DNA from: Edaphobacter aggregans
GTDB taxonomy: Bacteria; Acidobacteriota; Terriglobia; Terriglobales; Acidobacteriaceae
DNA: 32,000 bases
Reading direction: 5' to 3'
NCBI RefSeq assembly: GCF_003945235.1
Contig: NZ_RSDW01000001.1
Coordinates: 4,680,001 to 4,712,000, forward strand
The position numbers were made by a program, and so were the translations under genes. The notes beneath the pieces were generated by a model that was not told where the DNA came from, searched no databases, and saw nothing but the letters and a program-made list of their open reading frames with translations. The stretch's first letter is position 1; every line of letters starts with the position of its first letter. Shown here piece by piece: positions 1-8,326 of the stretch.

Positions 1-518
1 GGTGCAGCTACTTCAGCCTCTACAATCAGCACTGGCGCATCCTCGGGTTAGATACGGCGTGGGACGACAATGGACTGAAGGATCCACAAGGCGTCTGGGC
101 TAAAGACCTCGCATCGAGAGACGACCGAAAGCTGCTTTTGCTGAGCCATCATCAGTTGTTCAGCGCTTATGAGAGCACTGGAACGGTGATCGGAACCAAG
201 CTTCGACCGGTGCTCGACACAAACCGCGTTCGCGCCTGGTTTTGGGGTCACGAGCATCGGTGCATGCTGTTCGATGATCATCAGAAGGTTGGATTCGCCC
301 GCTGCATTGGACACGGAGGCGTCCCCGTCTACATGTCGCACAAGCAGAATGACCCATATCCATCCCCGGGCGCTTACGAATACCGCGCCGTGATCGAGAA
401 GGGTCTGGAAAAATGGGCGCTGTTTGGTTTTGTGGTTATCGATTTCGAGGACTCTCGGCTGCACGTGCGTTATATTGACGAGAACGGTTTTCAATACAAG
501 GACGAAAAGATCGAATAA
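1..518 (+). CDS. calcineurin-like metallophosphoesterase, C-terminal portion (5' end outside window)
   Basis: The frame is open from base 3 (CSYFSLYNQHWRILGLDTAWDD...) to TAA 516-518. Motifs LLLLSHHQ, WFWGHEHR and IGHGG fit the distal metal-binding motifs of the metallophosphoesterase fold. Track ORF 138..518 is only the first in-frame Met. Confidence 0.8.
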   Translation, partial: CSYFSLYNQHWRILGLDTAWDDNGLKDPQGVWAKDLASRDDRKLLLLSHHQLFSAYESTGTVIGTKLRPVLDTNRVRAWFWGHEHRCMLFDDHQKVGFARCIGHGGVPVYMSHKQNDPYPSPGAYEYRAVIEKGLEKWALFGFVVIDFEDSRLHVRYIDENGFQYKDEKIE

Positions 519-554
519 CGTCGCAGGCAAGCGGTTCGTCCGCCAGGGAAAGAC

Positions 555-2480
555 ATGAGCACGATCGCCATTTTGAACCCGGAGCAGTCGGCGTGGCTCT
601 TGCGCGAAGCTATCAGTCGCTTTGAAGAGGGGGACGATTCCGAGGCTGTTCTGCTGTTCCATCAGGCGCTCGAGGCGCACTCTGAATTGTCAGACCGGGC
701 AGGCCCCTATCTCGACCTCATCGCGCGACGTTCCGATGAGCTTCTTTTTCTTTATGGTGAAAAACTCTGGAATGCCGCGAACTACAAGGCCGCCTGCACC
801 TGCTTCAACAAGGTAGCAGCTCTGAACGGGAGTCGCCGCGAGGCAGCTCTGAAATATCTGAACCGCGTCGAATGCGTTCCCATCGTCCCTGAGTTCCGCT
901 CGCCCACTAGCGGGGAAGTTAGCGGATCCGTTCACATTCTTGATTCCGTGCTCGAGACACGGCCTGAAGACCTGATCCGGCGCACGCCGCACATGGACGC
1001 GGATTGCCCCTGGCCCGCGGAAGCGGGCATGAGTTTCCTAGTCAGAATATACGCGGACCAATCCGGGGCGCGCCCGGGCGAGGAATCGTCAGATGTTGAG
1101 ATTCGGGCGCGGGGGGACGTCACCGAATTCCCGGTCGATGTAGAACTGCTTGCAACGGAGCATTTCCGGATTGAAGGCAGCAGCACCACGCAAATCATCA
1201 TTTATCGCGGAAGGCCCATGTCCAACTCAGCCGCGTTTACTGTGACGGTGGTCTCTCCGGATGCGGATTCCAAACCGGGTTTGACCGCGCTTTTCAGTTA
1301 CCGGGGACGCCCATCCGGCAAGGTCACCCGCGACTTCCATACCTATGCGGCCGACGTAAAGCCGCGACGTACGGTGCTAGATTTCGACATTATTGCTCGA
1401 CCATCGGGCCTGACCGTCACAATCGTCGCGCAGCCAGCGAATGATGGCCGTCAATACTGGTGTACCGTACGTACTCCATCACTCCTCGAATACGCCGCGG
1501 GTGTTACCGAGGCATGGAATCTCTCCAAAACCTCGCGCGAATTCGTCGGCGACTGCATGATCGACTTTACGGACCAGACCACGAAGCAGCAGCTCATAGC
1601 GACATTAAAAGGTGCGGGACGCGCGCTCTTCAAGGGTTCACCTGCAATCTTTCAGAAAATCTTTTGGGCCCTCATCGATGCTGGCAAACCTCCCCGAAGT
1701 ATCGCGATCGTCTCCGAAGAACCATTCATTCCATGGGAACTGATGCTGCCGCATCGTCAACTCGGCGGCATGCTCCAGAAGCGAGAGCCACTGGGTGTCG
1801 AGTTCCGAATCGGCCGCTGGATCTCGGAAGCCCTAGCGGCACGTCAGGCCGTTCCGATCACCGGAAGTTACGTCATAGCGCCCATCTATCAGGGGCCGCG
1901 CGCCCTTCCTTTCGCTCAGGATGAATCAAGACTTGTCGTCGAGAAATTTGCTGGAAGTGCAATTATCCCAGCGGACTTTGATCACATCAAAGCCGCATTC
2001 GAGGCTGGGGGCCGGACCCTCGTGCACTTCGCATGTCATGGCGTAGATGATCCGATCGATCAGGCGATCTACCTCGATGGCGACGCAAAGCTCAGCGCCA
2101 AAACCTTTGACGGGTTGGACGCGGCGGATACCGCTTTCCAGTCCGCGCACCCCCTTGTATTTCTGAACGCTTGTGAGGCGGGCCGCTTGAAACCGGCGCT
2201 TTCCGGGGTTGGTGGTTTCGCCGCTTCCTTCATCGAAAAAGGCGCCAGCGCCGTGATTGCGCCCCTCTGGAGTGTGAAGGATACTCTTGCTCACGAGATC
2301 GCAACCGGATTCTATGAGAACATCGCGATAAAGCCGTGGGCGGAAATCATGCGCGAGTTCCGAGCTAAAGCTTATGACCCCTCGTTCGCAGAAGATACAT
2401 ATGCCGCCTACTGCTTTTACGGAGATCCGGATGCCGCCCTTGTCGTGCCGAAAGGGTTTATAGCGACGGTCGAACAGTGA
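555..2480 (+). CDS. TPR-like N-terminus + CHAT-domain (caspase-fold) peptidase
   Basis: 641-aa ORF with an AGGGA SD-like element just upstream of ATG 555. The first ~110 aa are helical/TPR-like and the middle is beta-rich. The C-terminal ~270 aa carry an ordered His...Cys dyad, LVHFACHG (His codon 2037-2039) and LVFLNACEAG (Cys codon 2172-2174), followed by GASAVIAPLWSVKD. This is the signature layout of CHAT domains. Confidence 0.85.
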   Translation: MSTIAILNPEQSAWLLREAISRFEEGDDSEAVLLFHQALEAHSELSDRAGPYLDLIARRSDELLFLYGEKLWNAANYKAACTCFNKVAALNGSRREAALKYLNRVECVPIVPEFRSPTSGEVSGSVHILDSVLETRPEDLIRRTPHMDADCPWPAEAGMSFLVRIYADQSGARPGEESSDVEIRARGDVTEFPVDVELLATEHFRIEGSSTTQIIIYRGRPMSNSAAFTVTVVSPDADSKPGLTALFSYRGRPSGKVTRDFHTYAADVKPRRTVLDFDIIARPSGLTVTIVAQPANDGRQYWCTVRTPSLLEYAAGVTEAWNLSKTSREFVGDCMIDFTDQTTKQQLIATLKGAGRALFKGSPAIFQKIFWALIDAGKPPRSIAIVSEEPFIPWELMLPHRQLGGMLQKREPLGVEFRIGRWISEALAARQAVPITGSYVIAPIYQGPRALPFAQDESRLVVEKFAGSAIIPADFDHIKAAFEAGGRTLVHFACHGVDDPIDQAIYLDGDAKLSAKTFDGLDAADTAFQSAHPLVFLNACEAGRLKPALSGVGGFAASFIEKGASAVIAPLWSVKDTLAHEIATGFYENIAIKPWAEIMREFRAKAYDPSFAEDTYAAYCFYGDPDAALVVPKGFIATVEQ

Positions 2481-4558
2481 CAGAAGCGAAAAACAACGGA
2501 CTCAGCGATAGCGTCGCGGCTCTCGATAACAAACTGGCGAGTTCGCAGTTAAAGCCGGAAGACGTCGAGGAGGTCTCCGACCTCCTGACGCCCATCGAGA
2601 GGAAGGTGGCGGCTCTCGATGCGCCGCCGGACGTGCCCGAGTCTCCGGCGGGCAAGCTCTTCAAACTTCTCTGGTGCAAGACCCATCCAGTCGAGGCCGA
2701 CCTCCGGCTCATACTCAGGTTGATGCCAGATTCTTCGCCGCTGGTTCGCTACACCGCGACCCAAGCATTCAAATCCACCCTGGACGTAGCCTTGGATCGC
2801 TGGAGCGATCCAAAATTTTCAATCGCCGCCTCTGAGAGGGTCACGGAGTGCGCCCGACAGGAGTCCTCTCCCCTGATTTCGTACGAACTGGATCAGATAC
2901 GTCCGCGGCTGTTGGACGCCACGCCCAAACGGCGCCGTTCGCGCCCTAAAATGGCGCAGAATCCGTACATCGTCGGACCGCCGATTCGGGATTCGAAGGG
3001 TTTCTTTGGTCGCCAGGACATTCTCGACCGGTTGCGAAAAATGGTGGCCTCGCATGGGGGCATGCGGGCGGCAGTTCTCTATGGGGCTCGCAGAACCGGA
3101 AAGACCTCGATCCTGTTCCGTATCGAGGCGGGCGAGTTCGGCGACTCGGTGGTTCCAGTTTATCTCGACATGCAGGGGGTTGCCGGCTCCCCGCTTGGCA
3201 CGTTTCTCAGGATTCTGGTCCGCGTAATCAGGAAGGCGGCCGCCGATCTCACGGATTTGGCTGTCGGCGATCCCGACGTAATCTCGGTGCGCGAGTATAT
3301 CGAATCCACCCTCCACCGCCTCGGTACCAAATCGCTGCTTCTGCTGATCGATGAATTCGAGTTGCTCGAGGCATATCTCTCTTCAGGCTTTGCCGCTCAA
3401 CTGCAGAGCCTGCTTGATGTCTCGCCCAATCTGTTTATCATATTCGCGGGTTCGCGAAAATTGGAGTCGCTTCGTGGTGGCGCGTTCAGCAATCTGCTGG
3501 ATTCGGCCACTTACATCAAGATCAGTTTCCTCGACCGCAACGATGCAACGCGCATGATTACGGAGCCCATCGGAGACGCTATCTCATTTCCACCGGAGGT
3601 GGTGGAGAAGATCCTCACACTCACGAACGCCCACCCCTTCTACACACAGTTGATGTGTCTGAGTATTTTCGATCTTGCCCTGAAATCCGGGAAGGCGACG
3701 CCGGAGAATGTGGATGAAGCTGTCGGGCGATTCCTCCAGAATCCGGCGCCGCATATGATTCTGACCTGGAATGCCATGCGGCTGGGCGAAGCGGCGGTCG
3801 GTTCCACAGTGGCCCTGCTTCAGTCCGGTGATAGCCAATGGGTCACGCCAATAGTGATTGCCATGCGATTGCACACGGAGCGATTTCCTGTCGATCTTAC
3901 GGCAGCCGATATCCAGCGGGCGCTCGCCTCGTTGTGCGATATCGATTGGATCGAACAGCGGAGAGGAGGCGGCGAATACCGCTTCACCATGGAGCTGGTG
4001 CGGCGTTGGGTATCTGAGAACAGATCTATTTCCTACCTCGCCAGCAAGCATCAGGAGGAACTGGCCGCGAGGGCGGTTGGTTTCTGGAAACAGCGGAGCG
4101 CTTCGCTAATCGACTGGATAGTCTGCGGCCTCCTGATGACCTCCGCTGCGAATGCCACGAGTTGGGATCCCTTCCCGCAAATCCTACTTGCATTCATGGT
4201 GCCGCTCGCATTCCTAATGATTCTGCTTTTTGCAGGACGTGCCACTGCGGGTATGTTCGTCCTTCGGCTCCGCTCTGCCCCTGCGCCCGGGAAGTCGTTG
4301 GGCAAAGGACGTACTGCAATCCTCGGGTTTGCATACACGATCCGCTTCTTCGTCGAATTCGCTCTTTTCAAATTCATCGTGACTTTGCCGCATAGCTGGC
4401 GGTATATTGGCTTCGGCCGTCTTTCGGTTGCGGTGATGCTGGCTGCATTGGTAGCGCTGGATCAGGTCATGATGCTGCGCGGCAGTAGGCATCGAGGGCT
4501 TTACGACAAGATGGCCGGCACAATGGTCGTACCTTCCGAGGCCCTGACATCATGGTGA
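2477..4558 (+). CDS. P-loop NTPase (ORC/Cdc6- or STAND-like, ATPase_2/AAA_35-like) fused to a C-terminal RDD-type membrane domain
   Basis: 693-aa ORF; GTG 2477 overlaps the upstream TGA (GTGA). It carries NPYIVGPP...FFGRQ, Walker A GARRTGKTS (3083-3109) and Walker B LLLLIDEFE (3335-3361). The last ~150 aa contain FWKQRSASLIDWIV, several hydrophobic helices, GRATAGMFVLRLR and a terminal RGLYDKMAGTMVV, which is the RDD-family pattern. Confidence 0.8.
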   Translation: MTEAKNNGLSDSVAALDNKLASSQLKPEDVEEVSDLLTPIERKVAALDAPPDVPESPAGKLFKLLWCKTHPVEADLRLILRLMPDSSPLVRYTATQAFKSTLDVALDRWSDPKFSIAASERVTECARQESSPLISYELDQIRPRLLDATPKRRRSRPKMAQNPYIVGPPIRDSKGFFGRQDILDRLRKMVASHGGMRAAVLYGARRTGKTSILFRIEAGEFGDSVVPVYLDMQGVAGSPLGTFLRILVRVIRKAAADLTDLAVGDPDVISVREYIESTLHRLGTKSLLLLIDEFELLEAYLSSGFAAQLQSLLDVSPNLFIIFAGSRKLESLRGGAFSNLLDSATYIKISFLDRNDATRMITEPIGDAISFPPEVVEKILTLTNAHPFYTQLMCLSIFDLALKSGKATPENVDEAVGRFLQNPAPHMILTWNAMRLGEAAVGSTVALLQSGDSQWVTPIVIAMRLHTERFPVDLTAADIQRALASLCDIDWIEQRRGGGEYRFTMELVRRWVSENRSISYLASKHQEELAARAVGFWKQRSASLIDWIVCGLLMTSAANATSWDPFPQILLAFMVPLAFLMILLFAGRATAGMFVLRLRSAPAPGKSLGKGRTAILGFAYTIRFFVEFALFKFIVTLPHSWRYIGFGRLSVAVMLAALVALDQVMMLRGSRHRGLYDKMAGTMVVPSEALTSW

Positions 4559-5604
4559 AGCGCTTCAGCTTGCCGAATCCCTACACGAATCGGGCAGCCA
4601 TTCGTTCCTCCAACCATTTTTTCGGTCGCGAACTTGATCTTAGGGATATCTATACCAGAATCGCAGGCGGTCAGTCAGTCATGATCACAGGCGAGCGGCG
4701 CATTGGCAAGTCTTCGCTGCTGAACGCGATAGGGTTCTCTCGGGAAGAGTACGAGCTCGATCCGGGATTCGGCTTTATTCTGTTGGACATGCAATCAATC
4801 GCCGGATGCACGGAAGAGGCGTTCGTCGAGAATCTGCTGACTCTTATTTCCCGGGAAATGGGAATAGCCTTACCCGAAATGGGCCGCAGGACTTTGGAGG
4901 ACGCCGCCGAGAGGATCCATTCCCACGGCCGGCGTCTCATTATTGCCCTCGATGAATTCGATGTCCTCGTATGGAATGAAAAGATCTCACCCGAGTTCCT
5001 GGTCGTGCTTCGATCCTGGACAGTACGACATGGATTTCCGTTCGTCGTCGCGTTTCGAGAGGGCTCCATCGACCGTATCGTCAGCGATGAAAAGTTTGGA
5101 TCCGCTTTTCTCAACCTGTTCGGCTCGGTATATGTGGGGCCGCTGCGAGAAGAAGAGGCCAGGGAACTGATACGTACGCCCGCCCGCAATCACGATGTGG
5201 AGTTCACAGACGAGGAAGTGGAAATGGTGCTCGATATTGCCGGCTATTTCCCGCTCTATATACAGATCGCGTGTTATCACCTGTTCGAATTCAAAAAATT
5301 GGGGAAGACAGCGGAAGAGATCGCAGTGCAACTGCCGCGTTCCTTCGCGTTCGAAGCATCCCCTCATTTCGAATACATGTGGTGGCGGCTTAGTCCGCGG
5401 GAGCAGGAAGCCCTGCGCTGGTGGGTGAAAGCCGGAAACACAGAGGATATGGCGGCTGAAAAGGACCTGCTGATGAAAGGCCTCCTGATTGAGGAGCGCC
5501 GCGCCATTCGTATCTCCTGCAGTCTGCTCGGTGAGTGGATGGACAAATGGGAGGCGCCGGCGAAGACTGTCCGGCAGACTGTCAGGGACGCTTTGTTGAT
5601 GTGA
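4552..5604 (+). CDS. P-loop NTPase (same superfamily as the flanking two), stand-alone
   Basis: 350-aa ORF; ATG 4552 overlaps the upstream stop (ATGGTGA). It carries NPYTNR...HFFGRE, Walker A GERRIGKSS (4690-4716) and Walker B LIIALDEFD. The C-terminal part is helical (possible winged helix). Confidence 0.8.
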   Translation: MVKRFSLPNPYTNRAAIRSSNHFFGRELDLRDIYTRIAGGQSVMITGERRIGKSSLLNAIGFSREEYELDPGFGFILLDMQSIAGCTEEAFVENLLTLISREMGIALPEMGRRTLEDAAERIHSHGRRLIIALDEFDVLVWNEKISPEFLVVLRSWTVRHGFPFVVAFREGSIDRIVSDEKFGSAFLNLFGSVYVGPLREEEARELIRTPARNHDVEFTDEEVEMVLDIAGYFPLYIQIACYHLFEFKKLGKTAEEIAVQLPRSFAFEASPHFEYMWWRLSPREQEALRWWVKAGNTEDMAAEKDLLMKGLLIEERRAIRISCSLLGEWMDKWEAPAKTVRQTVRDALLM

Positions 5605-5608
5605 GGCA

Positions 5609-7924
5609 TTGAGGATGGCATCAGTAAGAATGATCTACGATCGCGAGGCGCTGCTAAACACGCTCGAGGCCGAGTGTTTCAGCGACATCGGCGCGAGCGC
5701 CGTCATAATCGGCGGTCACAAGGTCGGCAAGTCCTATCTGCTCGAACATATCCTGACGCGGCCTTCAGATTCATCCGGAAATCTCTATTGCCGTATTAAT
5801 GTGGATCTGCTGAAGGCGTCGGGCAACGGCACGCTGTCCGATCACGTATTTCTGCGGTTCTTTCTGGTCCTTCTACTGCGGCAAATCGACGACCTGCTCG
5901 AACGGCAGAGGGGCGAAGTGACCGAGTGGTCCGGGTTGCTCGCACAGGCCGAGCAAAAGGCGATCGCGCTTGCCGACGTGATGCCTGACCCAGCGATTGA
6001 CGCGATCCGCCTGAGTCAGCTAAACCTCGCGGCCGCTTACCGCAAGAAAATTTCCCAGCGCCAGAACGAAATCGAAGAACTCGCATCGGCGGCGGAAGCT
6101 CTCCGAAGGCTCACAGCTGGCGGAAAACAGGTTGCCGTCGACGAGCTCACCGAGGTGCTGCTGCAGCTCCGCGGGCTGCGCAAGAGAATCATCCTTGTGA
6201 TCGATGACTACGATCACATGGTCAGCCAGCCGGGTTTCACGGATAATCTCTTTTCCTTTCTTCGCGGCGCCAATAACGAGAAGAAAATCATCGCCCTAGT
6301 GAGCTCACATAAGCGCCTGATGGATCTCAAACCGGAAGAACACGGGGCAGGGGGCAAGGAAAGCAGTGCAAACGGCAAATCGCTGGATCGAACGAGCCTC
6401 TTCAATCACTTCCAGATCCAGCGGCTCATTCCTTTCCGCGGAAAGCAACCCGAAGCATTTCTTGAATGGCTGGGGCGTCCGGATGGCGGCGATTCCTTGG
6501 CTCTGGGTGCTGAAGAGAAAAAATATCTTCGCTCGCTCGGTGGTGGCTGCCCTCATTTCCTCCGCTACGCAAGAAGTCTGTACCTTCAAAAGAGGCCGCT
6601 CGAGAACGATGCGGCGCGGCGTCAGTTCGAAAATGACCATCTAGTTGATGAGTTCCATCAAGTTTTCGAGCAGATCTGGACCGGTTGTGACGAGGCCGAG
6701 AGGGCAACGCTGCGAGCCATAGCCGACGGAGCAACCATCGAGCCCGGGTCGGCGGATCGACTCGAAACCGAGGGCTATCTCATGGAGGACGGCCCGTGTC
6801 TGACCATATTTTCGAAGCTTTTCGCCGATTTCATCCGAAAGAAACCCAAGCCCTCCGCCTCAGCTCTGGTAAAACCCGCTACCCCTGAAACCGGCGTCCC
6901 GGAGACGCTCTCGGTGGATGAACCTCTCCGCTTCGAGACGAATATTCCATGGGATGTATTTCCATCCGCCCTCTTCTTCGCGACCGCCGATGCGGCGGCG
7001 AACGTAGGGGAAATCAAAATCGAAAACTGCACAGGGAAGAAAGCTTCCATCGAGGTCACTTGCCAGCTCGGCCCCTGGTCCGAGGTGTCCACCACGGCCG
7101 ACGCGTTTGATCCGGGCCCCAGCCTGCTTCCGCTACAGGTAGATCTCAGAGAGTCGGTCAAGACGATTCGCGACCCTGTCTGGACCCGGGTCGACTATTC
7201 CGTAACGCTCGATCCGGGCGGCGCTAACAGTGTGGCAAAGAAGCGTTTCAAAAAGGTCAGACTGCTGCCTCCCGATCATTTTTTGTTTGCCAGATGGGAT
7301 TCGGTCAGAATGGAACTTGAGGATTTCAGCTGGCTGATATGCGCTTGGGTCAACTCGCAAGAGCCCCGACTCGCGCCCGTGCGCGAACGGGCGCTCGATC
7401 TTTTTCCGCGGCTGGGCGTTCCAACGGAAGCAGTTGGGGATCCCGGGCATTTCGCCCGGCAAAAGGTGGCAGCGATCTATGAGGCACTCCAGGGGCAGAA
7501 AATCCGTTATTTCGATAATGCCGTGGTCTTCCACAGCGGCAACGATCAGTACATGCAGAGAGTGCAGTCCTGCGGGAAAACTATAGAGATCGGGACGGGC
7601 AACTGTCTTGATGGCTCGGTACTGTTCGCCAGTCTGCTGTCGCTTTGCGGCGTCGATCCAGGGATTCTGTTGATGCCGGGCCACGCGATCGCAGCCTGGA
7701 GGGCGCCCGGCGCGGCCGAAAACGATTGGCAATACGTCGATACGACAGGCCTGCCGGGACTGGCATTCGAACAAGCCACCGCACTCGCCACAGCTCGAAT
7801 CGACGAACGGCAGAACGGCGTGCAAATCCTAGCTCCGGCTGCCACGCTTCCGGATCCCGAAAACTTCGCTACTATCGTCGACGTGCACCACACGATCAGA
7901 ACCCGACGCATCGCCCAGATCTGA
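5609..7924 (+). CDS. P-loop NTPase with long helical insert, fused to a C-terminal transglutaminase-like (papain-fold) Cys-His-Asp domain
   Basis: 771-aa ORF from TTG 5609. ATG 5615 with GAGG 8 nt upstream is the more likely start. Walker A is GGHKVGKSY (5711-5737) and Walker B is ILVIDDYDH (6190-6216); they are separated by ~160 aa including a coiled-coil-like stretch. The C-terminus reads GTGNCLDGSVLFASLL...PGHAIAAW...WQYVDTTG (Cys codon 7604-7606, His 7682-7684, Asp 7739-7741), which is the transglutaminase-core order. Confidence 0.75.
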   Translation: MRMASVRMIYDREALLNTLEAECFSDIGASAVIIGGHKVGKSYLLEHILTRPSDSSGNLYCRINVDLLKASGNGTLSDHVFLRFFLVLLLRQIDDLLERQRGEVTEWSGLLAQAEQKAIALADVMPDPAIDAIRLSQLNLAAAYRKKISQRQNEIEELASAAEALRRLTAGGKQVAVDELTEVLLQLRGLRKRIILVIDDYDHMVSQPGFTDNLFSFLRGANNEKKIIALVSSHKRLMDLKPEEHGAGGKESSANGKSLDRTSLFNHFQIQRLIPFRGKQPEAFLEWLGRPDGGDSLALGAEEKKYLRSLGGGCPHFLRYARSLYLQKRPLENDAARRQFENDHLVDEFHQVFEQIWTGCDEAERATLRAIADGATIEPGSADRLETEGYLMEDGPCLTIFSKLFADFIRKKPKPSASALVKPATPETGVPETLSVDEPLRFETNIPWDVFPSALFFATADAAANVGEIKIENCTGKKASIEVTCQLGPWSEVSTTADAFDPGPSLLPLQVDLRESVKTIRDPVWTRVDYSVTLDPGGANSVAKKRFKKVRLLPPDHFLFARWDSVRMELEDFSWLICAWVNSQEPRLAPVRERALDLFPRLGVPTEAVGDPGHFARQKVAAIYEALQGQKIRYFDNAVVFHSGNDQYMQRVQSCGKTIEIGTGNCLDGSVLFASLLSLCGVDPGILLMPGHAIAAWRAPGAAENDWQYVDTTGLPGLAFEQATALATARIDERQNGVQILAPAATLPDPENFATIVDVHHTIRTRRIAQI

Positions 7925-8326
7925 TAATCTCCCGATCTGAATTCAACCCGAACAGATTGCAAATTGACATGAGACCAGTGGCTTTCATTGACTTACTTTG
8001 TATTCAGTTAAAGGGGGCACTTCAAAAAAAGGAAATTTATGTACGTTTAGGGTTGCAGAGGAGCGTCGCGGCTCCAAGAACACCACTCTTATTCGGGGCA
8101 TTTTGGGACGGCTTGTGAGACAGTTCCAAGCCGTGAACCGAGCCGTTTGGCAGTTTCTGAACCTTGTGCTGAAACATTCATTTTCACGAGATAGTGCGGT
8201 TTTGGGCACTTCTTCGCCTCAGAAAATCTTTGAATTCTTCGCCAGCATATCGTTTTTGCCAATAATGCCGTTTATTCGTCAAGGCATTCCTGATGTCTGT
8301 TGACATGAGAGAACACGCGAGATGCA

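Noticed and set aside
48-680. 210-aa minus-strand ORF overlapping the metallophosphoesterase and the CHAT gene start
   Set aside because: It is antisense to two ORFs with clear family motifs. It has no motif or SD of its own and is typical GC-rich shadow-ORF composition.
555-7924. Type III-E CRISPR (Craspase) locus, because of the TPR-CHAT-like gene
   Set aside because: No gRAMP/Cas7-11-like giant gene, no other cas genes and no CRISPR array are present. The partners are P-loop NTPases instead.
7985-8303. Small ORFs (101 aa plus, 74 aa minus) in the lower-GC spacer after the NTPase cluster, and an 8-bp stem at 8108-8134
   Set aside because: They have no SD, no family motif and odd composition. 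The hairpin has no U-tail, so I cannot call it a terminator.
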